DNA of 64,000 bases from a virus (IMGVR_UViG_3300033121_001394:1-64000); one strand, 5' to 3'. Shown: positions 9,299 to 19,627, counted from the stretch's first letter. A program made the numbers and translations. The notes: generated from the sequence alone by a model not told the origin.

Positions 9299-10362
9299 GT
9301 AAAGTTTTAGATTTGGCTGGACAAATAAATAAAGAATACGGTGATATTTTTGTATCGGCCAGTTATCTTGTCACCAACCCCCCTAGAATTATTCCTACGA
9401 CCCTAGGATTAGATATAGCCCTCTCTGGCGGTTTATTGGAGGGCAGGCTGACCACAATCGCCGCCCCCGCAGGAGCCGGTAAAACCACCTTATGCCTAAC
9501 CATTTTGGCTCAGGCCCAAAAACTTTACAAAAAGAAATGTATTTATATTGATGCTGAATGTAGACTTAACAAGGAATTATTGGGAACGATTCCGGGTTTA
9601 GTATGGACTGAGGCACAGGCAAAGGAAACGGGTTGCCCCGCCCTTCAGATTATTCGTCCTACAGAAGATAAATTTATCTCAGCAGAAGAGTACTTGAATA
9701 TTTTAAATACGATATTCAAGGAGGATAAAAATTGCAGTGTCGTACTAGATTCAATTGCCGCTTTATGTTCCACTGCTTTACAAGGAACTAAACTTGGTGA
9801 ATCTCGACAAATGCTACGCATCCCCCAATTCTTATATGATTTTTGCCGTCAAACAATTCCTATTATTGCTGCTAAAAAACACGATTTAATCGTTATAACT
9901 CACATGCAAGCTAATCCTACAGGATATGGAAATCCTTTAAAGGCTACTGGTGGTAACGCCATTGAATTCTTCTCTAGTAACTTCCTCTATTGTTATTCTT
10001 CCAAGGAAATTGATGGGGATGATGAAAACGGTAGGAAGATTGGGAAGAATACAACGTTTAAATTAAAGAAGTCGGCTCTTGGACCTCCCAATATGGAAGC
10101 GGTTATACCAATTCGATACGGTAGAGGTGTTGACCCCATTGAAGATTTAGTTTCTTTGGGTGAGGAATTCGGATTTATTGAAAAAGCTGGTGCTTGGTAT
10201 AACTTGAAAGATAGTAAGGAGAAATATCAAGGTAAGGCTGCGATGGTTGCGGCCTTACGTGAAGATACCAAATTGCAAAGCAGTTTAGATTCAAAGATCC
10301 GTTCTATTGCCTTACCCAAGGGGCCTCCCGATGAGAAAGTTAACAGTGCTAGCAAGAAGTGA
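9295..10362 (+). CDS. recA: RecA-family recombinase
   Basis: PTTLGLDIALSGG, Walker A APAGAGKT, YIDAE, Walker B VVLDSIAAL, ATGGNAIEF, GAWY. Confidence 0.9.
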   Translation: MSKVLDLAGQINKEYGDIFVSASYLVTNPPRIIPTTLGLDIALSGGLLEGRLTTIAAPAGAGKTTLCLTILAQAQKLYKKKCIYIDAECRLNKELLGTIPGLVWTEAQAKETGCPALQIIRPTEDKFISAEEYLNILNTIFKEDKNCSVVLDSIAALCSTALQGTKLGESRQMLRIPQFLYDFCRQTIPIIAAKKHDLIVITHMQANPTGYGNPLKATGGNAIEFFSSNFLYCYSSKEIDGDDENGRKIGKNTTFKLKKSALGPPNMEAVIPIRYGRGVDPIEDLVSLGEEFGFIEKAGAWYNLKDSKEKYQGKAAMVAALREDTKLQSSLDSKIRSIALPKGPPDEKVNSASKK

Positions 10363-10627
10363 TTTTGATAACGTTAGTAGACTCTATGATTTAATCTCTC
10401 AAAATTCCACCATAAAAGATACCATTTATATTGATACGAACGAAAGCCAGTTAAATAGTTTAATAGAAGAAGTTGCAACCTTGTTACATCGTAAAGTAGT
10501 GCGTTGTCCTAGAGCAACCAAAACGGCTGACGCCGTATTGATCATATACGATAAAGATCATGAAATTCATGAATCCCGTAAGGATTATAGTAACAAGTAT
10601 GAAATGTTAGAGTGTGTAGCAGCATGA
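10331..10627 (+). CDS. Hypothetical protein
   Basis: Fills the recA-methyltransferase gap; ATG 10331 preferred. Confidence 0.5.
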   Translation: MRKLTVLARSDFDNVSRLYDLISQNSTIKDTIYIDTNESQLNSLIEEVATLLHRKVVRCPRATKTADAVLIIYDKDHEIHESRKDYSNKYEMLECVAA

Positions 10628-11223
10628 TAGATATATTTTTTAATAAATACCGTGAATTATTGGCTCATCGTGCCCCAACCTTCTTTAAGGCTCTTATCTT
10701 ATTACATGAGCGTACAAATCTTATAGGGCGAAGCCCCATAATTGTAGAAACTGGTTGTGCCCGCATTGAAAATAATTGGGCGGGCGATGGTTTATCCACA
10801 TTAATTTGGGCGGACTACGTTAATACTTTTGGTGGGAAGTTCTATTCCGTAGATATTGATCCTAAATGTGTCGAGTTTGCTAGAAGTAAGATCGCAGAAA
10901 GCGATAGGGTCAAACTTGTTTGTCAAGATTCACTATTCTTCCTAGAACATTTCGATAATAATATCGATTTATTATACTTAGACTCTATGGACTTCTGTAC
11001 TACAGGAGATCCAAATCCCCCACAAGATCACGCGGTTAAAGAGGCTCGATTGGCCCTACCCCTTCTAACTCCAAAATCCTTGATTTTGGTTGATGATTGT
11101 GGGCTTATTCATGGTGGAAAGGGAGGTAAGGTTGTACCTTATCTCGTTAATGAGGGAAATTGGGCGATTGCCCACTATGGGTATCAAATATTGTTGACGC
11201 AATATGCCTGCGGAACGCTATGA
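10624..11223 (+). CDS. Class I SAM-dependent methyltransferase
   Basis: IVETG motif I, FYSVDIDP, CQDSLFFL, IDLLYLDS, ILVDD. Confidence 0.75.
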   Translation: MIDIFFNKYRELLAHRAPTFFKALILLHERTNLIGRSPIIVETGCARIENNWAGDGLSTLIWADYVNTFGGKFYSVDIDPKCVEFARSKIAESDRVKLVCQDSLFFLEHFDNNIDLLYLDSMDFCTTGDPNPPQDHAVKEARLALPLLTPKSLILVDDCGLIHGGKGGKVVPYLVNEGNWAIAHYGYQILLTQYACGTL

Positions 11224-11600
11224 AATACAAATCCCTAAAAGGGAAAGAGTTTACTCTTACCTTTGGTAAAAAATGGAAGAATGAAAGTCGTTCTAAGTTT
11301 CAGGCGGCTTGTGCCGAAATTATTAAAACTCGTTACCCGCACGACCAAATTTTAGAAGAATTCTATGTTCCCCATGATAAATTCTACATTGATTTCTTCA
11401 TTCCGGCTAGGGCCATCGCCCTAGAGATTCAAGGGAGGCAGCATGGGGAGTTTGTCAAACATTTCCATAAAACACGCCGAAATTTCATTTCCGCCCAAGA
11501 TCGTGATTTGCGTAAGCAAAAATGGTGCGATCTCAACAAAGTCGCACTTGTGAGTGTATATTCTATTGAAGAACTTAAAGAAAAGTTGGGTGTAGAATGA
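11220..11600 (+). CDS. Vsr/DUF559-like PD-(D/E)XK endonuclease
   Basis: EEFYVP..FYIDFFIP..IALEIQGRQH..QDRDLRKQKWC. Confidence 0.65.
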   Translation: MKYKSLKGKEFTLTFGKKWKNESRSKFQAACAEIIKTRYPHDQILEEFYVPHDKFYIDFFIPARAIALEIQGRQHGEFVKHFHKTRRNFISAQDRDLRKQKWCDLNKVALVSVYSIEELKEKLGVE

Positions 11601-11968
11601 TTTTATTTGGATTCATGCAGATCGTCGATGAAAAGTTATATGCCGAGTTAAAACAGCAGGCCGATAAACTTTTTGTGGGGACAAAGGATTCTGTGAAGAA
11701 TCTATGGATTCAAAGGGAGTATAGAAAAAGGGGCGGCAAAATTACCAAAGGTCTTATTCGTCCCGGTAAACTTCGCAACAAATTAGCCGCTGACTTTGCT
11801 AATCTACTCCTTAAAGCAAATATGGCAACTGAACTAGCCCAAACTTCTTTAGATGAAAAAACACAAAAATTCTTACTTAATGATTTAGAGAAAATTTTAG
11901 AATACAAGAGTGATAATACAGATCAAGAAGATTTATTTGAAGATACGGATACTTTAGAAGAGGATTAA
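11597..11968 (+). CDS. Hypothetical protein
   Basis: LYAELKQQAD..WIQREYRKRGG helical motif and an acidic tail. Confidence 0.5.
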   Translation: MILFGFMQIVDEKLYAELKQQADKLFVGTKDSVKNLWIQREYRKRGGKITKGLIRPGKLRNKLAADFANLLLKANMATELAQTSLDEKTQKFLLNDLEKILEYKSDNTDQEDLFEDTDTLEED

Positions 11969-11970
11969 TT

Positions 11971-12468
11971 TTGTCACGATTAGACCCAAAAGAGATTTCA
12001 TCTGAAATTACTTCGATGAAACAGGAAATTAATTTTCCTATTTTTACTGCAAAACATAGTCTTGCTCCTTTATTTGAGAATTTACTGAATTCTGATTTTA
12101 TCCAAAAGATGGATGGGCAAACTGCACAACAATATTTATTACAAATTAGTGCCTATAGTCTATATGTACAAATAGAACAGAACAAGATACGTTCTTATTT
12201 TAATTGGTGCGAAAGCAATATTAAACATATTGTAGGTAAAGAATTAATCAATGTTCCAAGGGAAGTAGGAACCTACTTCACATCACAAGATGTGTATATT
12301 AGAGCAAATCACAAGACGGCCAACGATCTTGAAGAAGAAAAATTGAAATGTCAGGCAAAATTAGATATAATTTTTGACATAACAAAAAAGATGGATTTTA
12401 TTTGTGACGCACTTAAAACCATCATTTATAGTAAAAGGAAAGATCATGAATCCATTAGATCAAATTAG
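11971..12468 (+). CDS. Helical protein, possibly a UvsY-like recombination mediator
   Basis: All-helical, 165 aa, located between recA and dnaB; similarity judged by eye only. Confidence 0.3.
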   Translation: MSRLDPKEISSEITSMKQEINFPIFTAKHSLAPLFENLLNSDFIQKMDGQTAQQYLLQISAYSLYVQIEQNKIRSYFNWCESNIKHIVGKELINVPREVGTYFTSQDVYIRANHKTANDLEEEKLKCQAKLDIIFDITKKMDFICDALKTIIYSKRKDHESIRSN

Positions 12469-12925
12469 AGAAGGTTTAGAGAAAAGGGATTTTAGCCTTA
12501 TTGCTAAAGGCTATACTATGATGACGGGTAAAACCGTTGAAGTAGGCAGTATTAAAGAGGATACGGATGATAGTTATGTATCAAGCCTTGAAAAGGCGGA
12601 AGTAATTCCAGAAAAAATCCAAAGTGCTAAAAAGAGGGGTCGTCCTGCTAAAAATAAATCTGCAACAGAAGAAACTTTTACAGGTAAAAAGATGAAAATT
12701 CTTACTGTGCCAGAGGACAAAGGATACAGTAAGAAACTTAAAAAGGCAGCAAATAAGATCAAAGAAGAAAAAGGTAGTCGCCGACCATCTAATAATATGA
12801 TGGAATGTGTTAAGTGCGATCATTCTTTTAATAAAACCAGTTTTGTTGTCGGAACCAGTTTTGATGACGGTAAACAGGAAACAAAAGTCAAATGTCCAAA
12901 GTGCAAGACCGAACAGACTCTCTAA
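12446..12925 (+). CDS. Hypothetical basic protein with C-terminal zinc ribbon
   Basis: KKRGRP motif; CVKC..CPKC. Confidence 0.55.
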   Translation: MNPLDQIREGLEKRDFSLIAKGYTMMTGKTVEVGSIKEDTDDSYVSSLEKAEVIPEKIQSAKKRGRPAKNKSATEETFTGKKMKILTVPEDKGYSKKLKKAANKIKEEKGSRRPSNNMMECVKCDHSFNKTSFVVGTSFDDGKQETKVKCPKCKTEQTL

Positions 12926-14352
12926 AAGATGTAGCAGCAGAAAGACTTGTTCTTTCAAGTCTATTTAGATATGGAGAAAAATATTATTATGAAGTTGATG
13001 GATTCTTAAAACCTAGAGATTTTACATCCGGCATTAACCAAATTCTTTTCGATGTTCTTACTGAGCATATTAGAATAAATAAGGTTAATCCTAGCATTTC
13101 GGCTGTTTTGGCTAAAACCCAACTCATTGATAAGAATCTTATTAGTAAATACGATCTTTCAGAGTATCTTGAAAATCTGTCTAGTGAGAATTTGTCAATT
13201 GAAGAAGGGGTTGGTTTTGCTAAAAAGATTGCAAAGATTTCTGTAATAAGAAATTTGCAAACAACTCTTCTTAATACGGCTGACAGTTTAAATAAGGTAC
13301 AAAATGAAGAATCTTTACGGGACATCTTAGTAAGAGTAGAACAACCTTTAGCAAATTTTACTACCGATTTAGTAAGTGGATTTAAGACAGTTAATCTTGT
13401 CGAGTTTCTCCCCGCGTTTGCCGAAAAGATTCCTAACAATAAGAATGTGAGCAGGGGAATTCCTAGTGGTTTACCCTTGTGGGATAAAACTATCGGCGGT
13501 GGATTACGTGTTGGTGTGAATCTGGTAGGTGCAAGATCTGGCCAAGGCAAAAGTTTTTTAGGTATTAATGTTGCGAATCATACGATTAATCAAAATATCC
13601 CTACCCTTTATTTAGATACGGAATTAAGTGAAGAAATTACGCTTACTAGATTTACGGCACTGATCTCGGGTGAAACTATTGATGATATTGAAAGTGGTAC
13701 GGCAAATCTAATTAACATTGATAAAGCTATTAAGAAATTAAAAGATAAGAAGTTTTTCTATCATAATATTTCTGGAACCCACCATTCCCATTGGATTTCC
13801 GAAATTCGTAAGTGGATTATTAAGGAAGTTGGTTTCAAACCCGATGGTTCGGCTAAAGATTGCTTAGTAATCTTAGACTATATTAAGGTTATGGATCTAA
13901 CCGATGGTAATATGATGAAGGAATACCAGTACTTGGGCCAAATCATTACCGATTTACATAATTGCTGTGTTAAATTTAATTTGCCCATTCTTTCTCTAGT
14001 ACAACTTAATAGAGATGGTATTAATAATTCTGGCGAAGGTACCTTAGCCGATTCTGATCGCCTATTACGCCTTTGTTCTAGTTTTTCAATCTTTCGTAAG
14101 AAAGAAGAAGAAGATTTAGTAGCTGATCCATTGAAAAATGGTAATCGTAAGATTTTAACCGTAAAATCCAGATTCGGGGCAGGTATGGATGAGGGCGAAT
14201 ACATTAATATGAAATGTGATTTTGCCCGTGGTCTTATTCAGGAAGGTCAGAGCAATATAAATAATAGGAATAAGACTACACCTGCTAAAGTAAATAATGT
14301 AGCAGTAGACACAGAGGAAGCCCCCTTTGACGATGACACAATTCCCTTATAG
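12892..14352 (+). CDS. dnaB: Replicative DNA helicase
   Basis: AAERLVLSSL N-terminal domain, Walker A GARSGQGKS, VILDYI, VQLNR, LADSD, VKSRFG. Confidence 0.9.
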   Translation: MSKVQDRTDSLKDVAAERLVLSSLFRYGEKYYYEVDGFLKPRDFTSGINQILFDVLTEHIRINKVNPSISAVLAKTQLIDKNLISKYDLSEYLENLSSENLSIEEGVGFAKKIAKISVIRNLQTTLLNTADSLNKVQNEESLRDILVRVEQPLANFTTDLVSGFKTVNLVEFLPAFAEKIPNNKNVSRGIPSGLPLWDKTIGGGLRVGVNLVGARSGQGKSFLGINVANHTINQNIPTLYLDTELSEEITLTRFTALISGETIDDIESGTANLINIDKAIKKLKDKKFFYHNISGTHHSHWISEIRKWIIKEVGFKPDGSAKDCLVILDYIKVMDLTDGNMMKEYQYLGQIITDLHNCCVKFNLPILSLVQLNRDGINNSGEGTLADSDRLLRLCSSFSIFRKKEEEDLVADPLKNGNRKILTVKSRFGAGMDEGEYINMKCDFARGLIQEGQSNINNRNKTTPAKVNNVAVDTEEAPFDDDTIPL

Positions 14353-15331
14353 TTATATTTTAGATATAGCAAATCAATACGATGAGGCAATTCTAAAAGA
14401 ATTAGATCTTCCAGTTCGTAGAAATGGCAATGTGGTGTGTGCGTGTCCAATCCACGATGGAGATAACCCTCATGGTTTCTCTTATTCTACTAAACACAAA
14501 AAATGGCAGTGTTTCACTCACAGATGCCATGAAAAATATGGGAGTAATTTATTTGGATTAGTAAGAGGATTAAAACAGTGTTCTCTTAGAGAAGCGGCAG
14601 ATGAATTAGTTTTTATTCTAAAAATTGAGACTGATGTAGATTTAGATACTATAGAAGCTAAGGCTTATGCCGTTAAGAAAACCAAAGAGAAGGTTAAACT
14701 TGAGAAATTTAATCCTAATAACCACCCGGATATCCATTTAGGGGCTAAGTACTTTAGTGAAAAAAGGGGGGTGCCCAACGAAACTATTCTTTCCTATTAT
14801 CCCTACATTTGTATTGATCGTAAAAGCGGTCTTTATGGGCGGGCTTGTTTGTCCATCAAAAATGAAGATGGGGATATTGTAGGATATACAGGGCGAAAGA
14901 CTGATCTCATAGATAGATATGATAACAATAAATATGTACCTAAATGGTTTCATTATCCCGGTTATGTCGGTAGAGAATGCCTTTTTGGTATAGACCGTGT
15001 CAGAAAAACAGATACGGTTTTCTTACTAGAAGGATGTATAGGCGTTCTTAAACTTCAATCTGTTGGGATTAATAATGCCATTTGCACCTTTGGAAATAAA
15101 ATTACGTCAAATCAGAGAAAAATATTGCTAAAATTAGGGATTTGTAATATAATTACGTTGTTTGATCCAGATGAGGGCGGGAAAATCGGTGCGGCCCTTG
15201 TAAACAAAAACTGTTCTCTGTATTTCAATATTATGAATTTTGAAGAAAAATTAAAGAAAGATCCCGGTCATATGGTTACTTCGGAACTCCAAGAATTAAA
15301 GGAATTATTAAATCAATATGTACAAAACTAA
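14327..15331 (+). CDS. dnaG: DNA primase
   Basis: CHC2 zinc finger CPIH..CFTHRC, GYTGR, TOPRIM motifs LLEG and FDPD. Confidence 0.88.
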   Translation: MTMTQFPYSYILDIANQYDEAILKELDLPVRRNGNVVCACPIHDGDNPHGFSYSTKHKKWQCFTHRCHEKYGSNLFGLVRGLKQCSLREAADELVFILKIETDVDLDTIEAKAYAVKKTKEKVKLEKFNPNNHPDIHLGAKYFSEKRGVPNETILSYYPYICIDRKSGLYGRACLSIKNEDGDIVGYTGRKTDLIDRYDNNKYVPKWFHYPGYVGRECLFGIDRVRKTDTVFLLEGCIGVLKLQSVGINNAICTFGNKITSNQRKILLKLGICNIITLFDPDEGGKIGAALVNKNCSLYFNIMNFEEKLKKDPGHMVTSELQELKELLNQYVQN

Positions 15332-16001
15332 AGTTATATTATTAACTGGGCGTGCCCAAAGCGGAAAAGATACTGCCGGATTTTTCTTACGTAATAAATT
15401 AGAAGAAGAGGTAGCAAATCAAGAAGAAAACAGGGTGAAAATGTATTCTTTTGCTACGGCCCTAAAAGATATTGCTATTGAAATTTTTAATATTGAACGA
15501 CATAAGGTGTATGGAACTGATTTGGAAAAAAATGAATTAACCCATATTAAGTGGGATGACTTACCACTTAATAATAATGAAATAGATCAATTAGCAGCAA
15601 AAGGTAAAGATACTACTTACCTTACTGGTAGAGAATTTTTACAAATTTTTGGTACCAATATATGCCGTAGATTATATGGAGATTGCTGGGCTTATAAAAC
15701 TTTAGTAGAAATTACTAAGGATCATCCAAGATATGCAATTCTTACAGATGTTCGTTTTCCAAATGAATTAGACATCTTTGATCTTAAAAATAATCCGAGA
15801 TCTAATATTGTAAATATTGAGGAGGAACCTATAGTAATTAGATTGTTACGTAATCCTTTAAATATGCAACACGATAGTGAAATCGCCCTTAATTCCTATA
15901 ATTTTGAGAAATTCAGTAATTTTATTGTGATTGATAATAGAAAAATGGATCTGGGCGATAAGAATCAGTTGGTTTATCAGAGAGTAAAGGAATTATTATG
16001 A
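15318..16001 (+). CDS. Deoxynucleoside monophosphate kinase
   Basis: P-loop GRAQSGKD, SFATALK, REFLQIFGT, TDVRFPNE, HDSE. Confidence 0.85.
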   Translation: MYKTKVILLTGRAQSGKDTAGFFLRNKLEEEVANQEENRVKMYSFATALKDIAIEIFNIERHKVYGTDLEKNELTHIKWDDLPLNNNEIDQLAAKGKDTTYLTGREFLQIFGTNICRRLYGDCWAYKTLVEITKDHPRYAILTDVRFPNELDIFDLKNNPRSNIVNIEEEPIVIRLLRNPLNMQHDSEIALNSYNFEKFSNFIVIDNRKMDLGDKNQLVYQRVKELL

Positions 16002-17113
16002 GATTTATTGACGCGAACTACATTGAATATACCCCCCGTAAATGGCTTACTTTTGATGATGTTTTACTTTTGCCCAATCGCTCTGATGTTCCCTCTAGAA
16101 ACTCAGAAAAATTAGACTTATCTAGTTACTTTACAAGTGGTGTTGGTATGAGATTGCCCATTATTTCTGCAAATATGGATACTGTTACCGAAGGTAAAAT
16201 GGCTATTGCAATGGGTAAGGCGGGTGGGCAAGGCATCCTACATCGGTTCTATAAGAGTAAAACAGAGTGGCTTAAAGACATATTGGCAGTTGAAGAGGCG
16301 GGGCTTTTGCCAGCCTTTAGTATTGGCGTGTCTAAAGACGATGTAAAATTGGTTGAAGAAATCTTAAATCGACTTAAACAGCCGAAATGTGTAGTTACGG
16401 TAGATGTAGCCCACGGACATCACCAATTAGTCTTTGACCAAGTAAGAAGATTGGCATTGGGCTTTGCCAATAACATAAATATTATTGCTGGGAATGTTTG
16501 TACTCCTGAAGGGGCGGCTTATTTAGTAACTGCCGGTGCAAATGGCATTAAGGTGGGGGTGGGCGGTGGAAGCCTTTGCACGACTCGTCAAATTACAGGT
16601 CACGGTTGTCCATCTTTATCTACTATCATTAATATCCGTCGTGCTTTGCATGGAATGCAAACCAACACAACCCTAATAGCCGATGGCGGTATTCGTAATT
16701 CTGGGGATATTGTTAAAGCATTAGCGGCGGGGGCAGATAGCGTAATGATTGGGAGCCTGTTTGCGGGAACCAATGAAACCCCCGGTAACTATTATGATAT
16801 TAATCACCAAATCTTTAATGGGAATACAGAAGATATTAGTGGATTATACAAGAAGTATCGTGGGCAATCTTCGGAAGAATTCAATGAGTCAATTAATAAG
16901 ATTAATGTGACTCCTGAAGGCGAAGCCCAATATGTGCCATGTAAAGGGGCTGTCGCCGACATTATTAATAATTTAGCCGGAGGTATTCGTTCTGGCTTAA
17001 GTTATGCGGGCTGTTATACTCTTAAGGATTTATTTAACAAATCCTCGTTCATTGAACTTTCTAATCACGGGTTTGTCGAAGGAACGCCTCACGGCTTACG
17101 GACGCAGTCATGA
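15998..17113 (+). CDS. IMP dehydrogenase / GMP reductase family enzyme (no CBS domain)
   Basis: [42 protein letters not shown] (catalytic Cys), ADGGI, YRGQSS, PEG. Confidence 0.9.
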   Translation: MRFIDANYIEYTPRKWLTFDDVLLLPNRSDVPSRNSEKLDLSSYFTSGVGMRLPIISANMDTVTEGKMAIAMGKAGGQGILHRFYKSKTEWLKDILAVEEAGLLPAFSIGVSKDDVKLVEEILNRLKQPKCVVTVDVAHGHHQLVFDQVRRLALGFANNINIIAGNVCTPEGAAYLVTAGANGIKVGVGGGSLCTTRQITGHGCPSLSTIINIRRALHGMQTNTTLIADGGIRNSGDIVKALAAGADSVMIGSLFAGTNETPGNYYDINHQIFNGNTEDISGLYKKYRGQSSEEFNESINKINVTPEGEAQYVPCKGAVADIINNLAGGIRSGLSYAGCYTLKDLFNKSSFIELSNHGFVEGTPHGLRTQS

Positions 17114-17601
17114 GCAAAACTAAAATAAAACTTGCCGTCTTTGGCCCCAAACCCTGTTTTTTATCTGGGCATGACCTAGAAGATAAAAGAAAATTAGTTC
17201 GGGACCATCTTTTAAGAAAAATTCAGAATTTACAGGCAAATAATTTTACAATTCAGGGAGTTGGTGGAATCGACCTTGGGGTTGAGCAGGATTTCCTAGA
17301 AATCTGCCGGGAACTTAAGATTCCCTACGTATGCTACATAAGTAGTATATTAGATGAAAAAAGATGGGCAAAGTTGCCGCAGGCATATGAAAAGATTAAA
17401 GCATTAGTAGACGGGGCCATTAGAACCATAGTATTATCTAATAAGAAATATTCCCCTAAAAAGAATATGGAAAAAGTGAACAAGATTATAGAAGAAGCAG
17501 ATATGGTCTTTGTCTTTAAAGGTAGGTTTGACGTTAAAAGTAAATCGATTGTTAATATCTGCGAAAGCAATAAAAAAACCTACGTTATAATCAATGTATA
17601 A
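17110..17601 (+). CDS. SLOG (YspA-like) family protein
   Basis: LAVFGPKP..GGIDLGVEQDFLEICRELKIPY. Confidence 0.5.
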   Translation: MSKTKIKLAVFGPKPCFLSGHDLEDKRKLVRDHLLRKIQNLQANNFTIQGVGGIDLGVEQDFLEICRELKIPYVCYISSILDEKRWAKLPQAYEKIKALVDGAIRTIVLSNKKYSPKKNMEKVNKIIEEADMVFVFKGRFDVKSKSIVNICESNKKTYVIINV

Positions 17602-17968
17602 ACTTTATTTTGATGCTGGATTACGTGAACACGGATTTGTATGGGCCTTTGTTATTTTTGATGATAATATCATAGTTAATAAACAAAGAGGATATATTAA
17701 AGATAAGTCGGTAGACTCTAATGCTGCCGAGTTTTACGCCCTTATATACGGCCTCAGGGAAGCGATTCTAAGGGGGATTACAGAACTCCAAGTCTATGGA
17801 GATAGCCAACAAGTTATATATCAAGTCAATAATTTAGTATTTACAAATAAGAAAATGATGTTGCAGTGCAAGAAAGAAGTTAGGGAACTTTCCAATAAAT
17901 TTGACGTAGTCAACTTTGAGTGGATTGAGAGTAAGGACAACAAGGTTGCTCATAGGGAGACAAGATGA
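17594..17968 (+). CDS. rnhA: Ribonuclease HI-like protein
   Basis: LYFDAG, NAAEFYAL, VYGDSQ, FEWI..N. The last conserved Asp appears replaced by His (NKVAH). Confidence 0.75.
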   Translation: MYKLYFDAGLREHGFVWAFVIFDDNIIVNKQRGYIKDKSVDSNAAEFYALIYGLREAILRGITELQVYGDSQQVIYQVNNLVFTNKKMMLQCKKEVRELSNKFDVVNFEWIESKDNKVAHRETR

Positions 17969-18291
17969 TTATTCTAATCAAAGAAAATTGGACTATTAAT
18001 TTTGAACCTACAAAATATGAGGTTGATTTAGAAATACAAAGTAGCGGCCCTATCGATGATGCTATCTTAGGCAAATTAAAAATGCTGAAAAGGAAGAAGT
18101 GGGGATTTACTAATCTAAATTATACAAGTGATAAAGAATTTGGATACTTATCATTTCATAACAAATCATTAAATCCTATTACGGTTGAAAATAAATATAT
18201 ATTAGAAATAGGGGCTGCGGGCCGCATTAATTTTCAAAAATATTTGCATTCTTTTCTTAAGAAAGCATTTGGTGATCAATGGGTAAAGTAG
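17965..18291 (+). CDS. Hypothetical protein
   Basis: ATGA-coupled ORF. Confidence 0.5.
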   Translation: MIILIKENWTINFEPTKYEVDLEIQSSGPIDDAILGKLKMLKRKKWGFTNLNYTSDKEFGYLSFHNKSLNPITVENKYILEIGAAGRINFQKYLHSFLKKAFGDQWVK

Positions 18292-18605
18292 TAAACATAT
18301 ATCTTGATCCTTACGATGTTTACATTGGACGTAAGTCCATATGGGGCAACCCTTATACAGTTAAATTAAGTAGAGTTCCGGGCACTCAAAGGGTTGCTTC
18401 TAGCAAAGACGCGATACGCCTTTATGAAGAGTGGCTACGGCAACAGCCCGAGTTACTAAAACAATTGCCCAACCTAAGAGGAAAAACACTGGGATGTTTT
18501 TGTGCCCCTAAAGGTGGAGTTGGAATTGAAAAAGGAACACCTATTTTCTGTCACGGGCAAATTTTATTAAAATTAATAGAGGAAATGGAAAATGTCAAAA
18601 ACTAA
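18279..18605 (+). CDS. DUF4326 domain protein
   Basis: DVYIGR..WGNPY, LRGKTLGCFCAP, CHGQIL. Confidence 0.85.
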   Translation: MGKVVNIYLDPYDVYIGRKSIWGNPYTVKLSRVPGTQRVASSKDAIRLYEEWLRQQPELLKQLPNLRGKTLGCFCAPKGGVGIEKGTPIFCHGQILLKLIEEMENVKN

Positions 18606-18840
18606 AGAAATCAAAACTCCCAAACTTGGAACCCTCTCCTATTCATTTGATTTTTTCTATGAGAGTTGGTACCGTGCCGGTAAGCCCAGTACGCATCGCG
18701 TACTTTGCTACTTTGGTAGTATTGATCCAAGGGCACAGGCAAAACTGGAAGAATATGGTTTTGCCGTCAAAACCCTAGAAACGAGTGCTAAGGGAACCGT
18801 TTATAGTATGGAATTATTACAAGAAACAAAGGAAGATTAA
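18592..18840 (+). CDS. Hypothetical protein
   Basis: Tiles with its neighbours. Confidence 0.5.
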   Translation: MSKTKEIKTPKLGTLSYSFDFFYESWYRAGKPSTHRVLCYFGSIDPRAQAKLEEYGFAVKTLETSAKGTVYSMELLQETKED

Positions 18841-18841
18841 T

Positions 18842-19066
18842 ATGAATTATGAAACATTTGCCAACCAATATTACACCGATCCAAATTATGAGTTTGGTAA
18901 CGAACTTATGAAGTTAATAGAAGGGCAATCAATTGTTTTGCCCAACAGGTTGCCCTCTGGTATTCTTGACGTAATCGTAGATTACGTCTTTACAAATATT
19001 GAGGGAGGATCATTGAAGATTGAACCGTCAAGAATGGGCACGATATATCATATTAATAAACCATGA
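18842..19066 (+). CDS. Hypothetical protein
   Basis: ATG follows the upstream stop; GGAAG SD. Confidence 0.5.
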   Translation: MNYETFANQYYTDPNYEFGNELMKLIEGQSIVLPNRLPSGILDVIVDYVFTNIEGGSLKIEPSRMGTIYHINKP

Positions 19067-19257
19067 ATACAGTAATATACATAATCCCAAATCATCTATA
19101 TGATTTAGTTGAACAGAATTCAGTTGTGTATCAACGCGATTCTAAAATAGAAAAACTTATAAAAAAAAGATTAAAATCTTATAAGAAACATTATAAAGAA
19201 GGAAAGCGTATTTCGCAAGAAAGATCTTGGTTTGGTATCACGTTTGGAGAAATATGA
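19063..19257 (+). CDS. Hypothetical protein
   Basis: ATGA-coupled at both ends. Confidence 0.45.
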   Translation: MNTVIYIIPNHLYDLVEQNSVVYQRDSKIEKLIKKRLKSYKKHYKEGKRISQERSWFGITFGEI

Positions 19258-19604
19258 AAATTATTATCGCTGGTTCTCGCAGTATTACGGACTATGCCCG
19301 CTGTGAACCTTATTTGTTGCAAAGCCACTTTGATATTACGGAAGTGATTTCGGGCGGGGCATTCGGAGTCGATCATATTGGAGAAGAATTCGCCAGAAAA
19401 CACTGTAAACTCCTTACTATTATGCCGGTTTTACCTTGGGAATGGACCCGCACTAAAACTGCGGGCCATAATAGGAACCTTAGAATGGCCCAATATGCCG
19501 AAGGTTGCATTTTACTCTGGGATAACCGTTCCACAGGAACGCAAAATATGTGGTACCAAGCCAAGAAATTGAATTTACCAATAGAATTACATACTTTAAC
19601 ATGA
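19254..19604 (+). CDS. SLOG (YspA/DUF2493-like) family protein
   Basis: MKIIIAGSR, VISGGAFGVD..GEEFA, AGHNRNLRMA, WDNRSTGT. Confidence 0.8.
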   Translation: MKIIIAGSRSITDYARCEPYLLQSHFDITEVISGGAFGVDHIGEEFARKHCKLLTIMPVLPWEWTRTKTAGHNRNLRMAQYAEGCILLWDNRSTGTQNMWYQAKKLNLPIELHTLT

Positions 19605-19627
19605 AAATCTTCCAGATTTCGGAAACT

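Noticed and set aside
12987-13550. 187-aa antisense ORF inside dnaB, and similar short antisense or off-frame ORFs in the track
   Set aside because: They lie wholly within well-supported genes, lack motifs or RBS, and are expected shadows of coding sequence.
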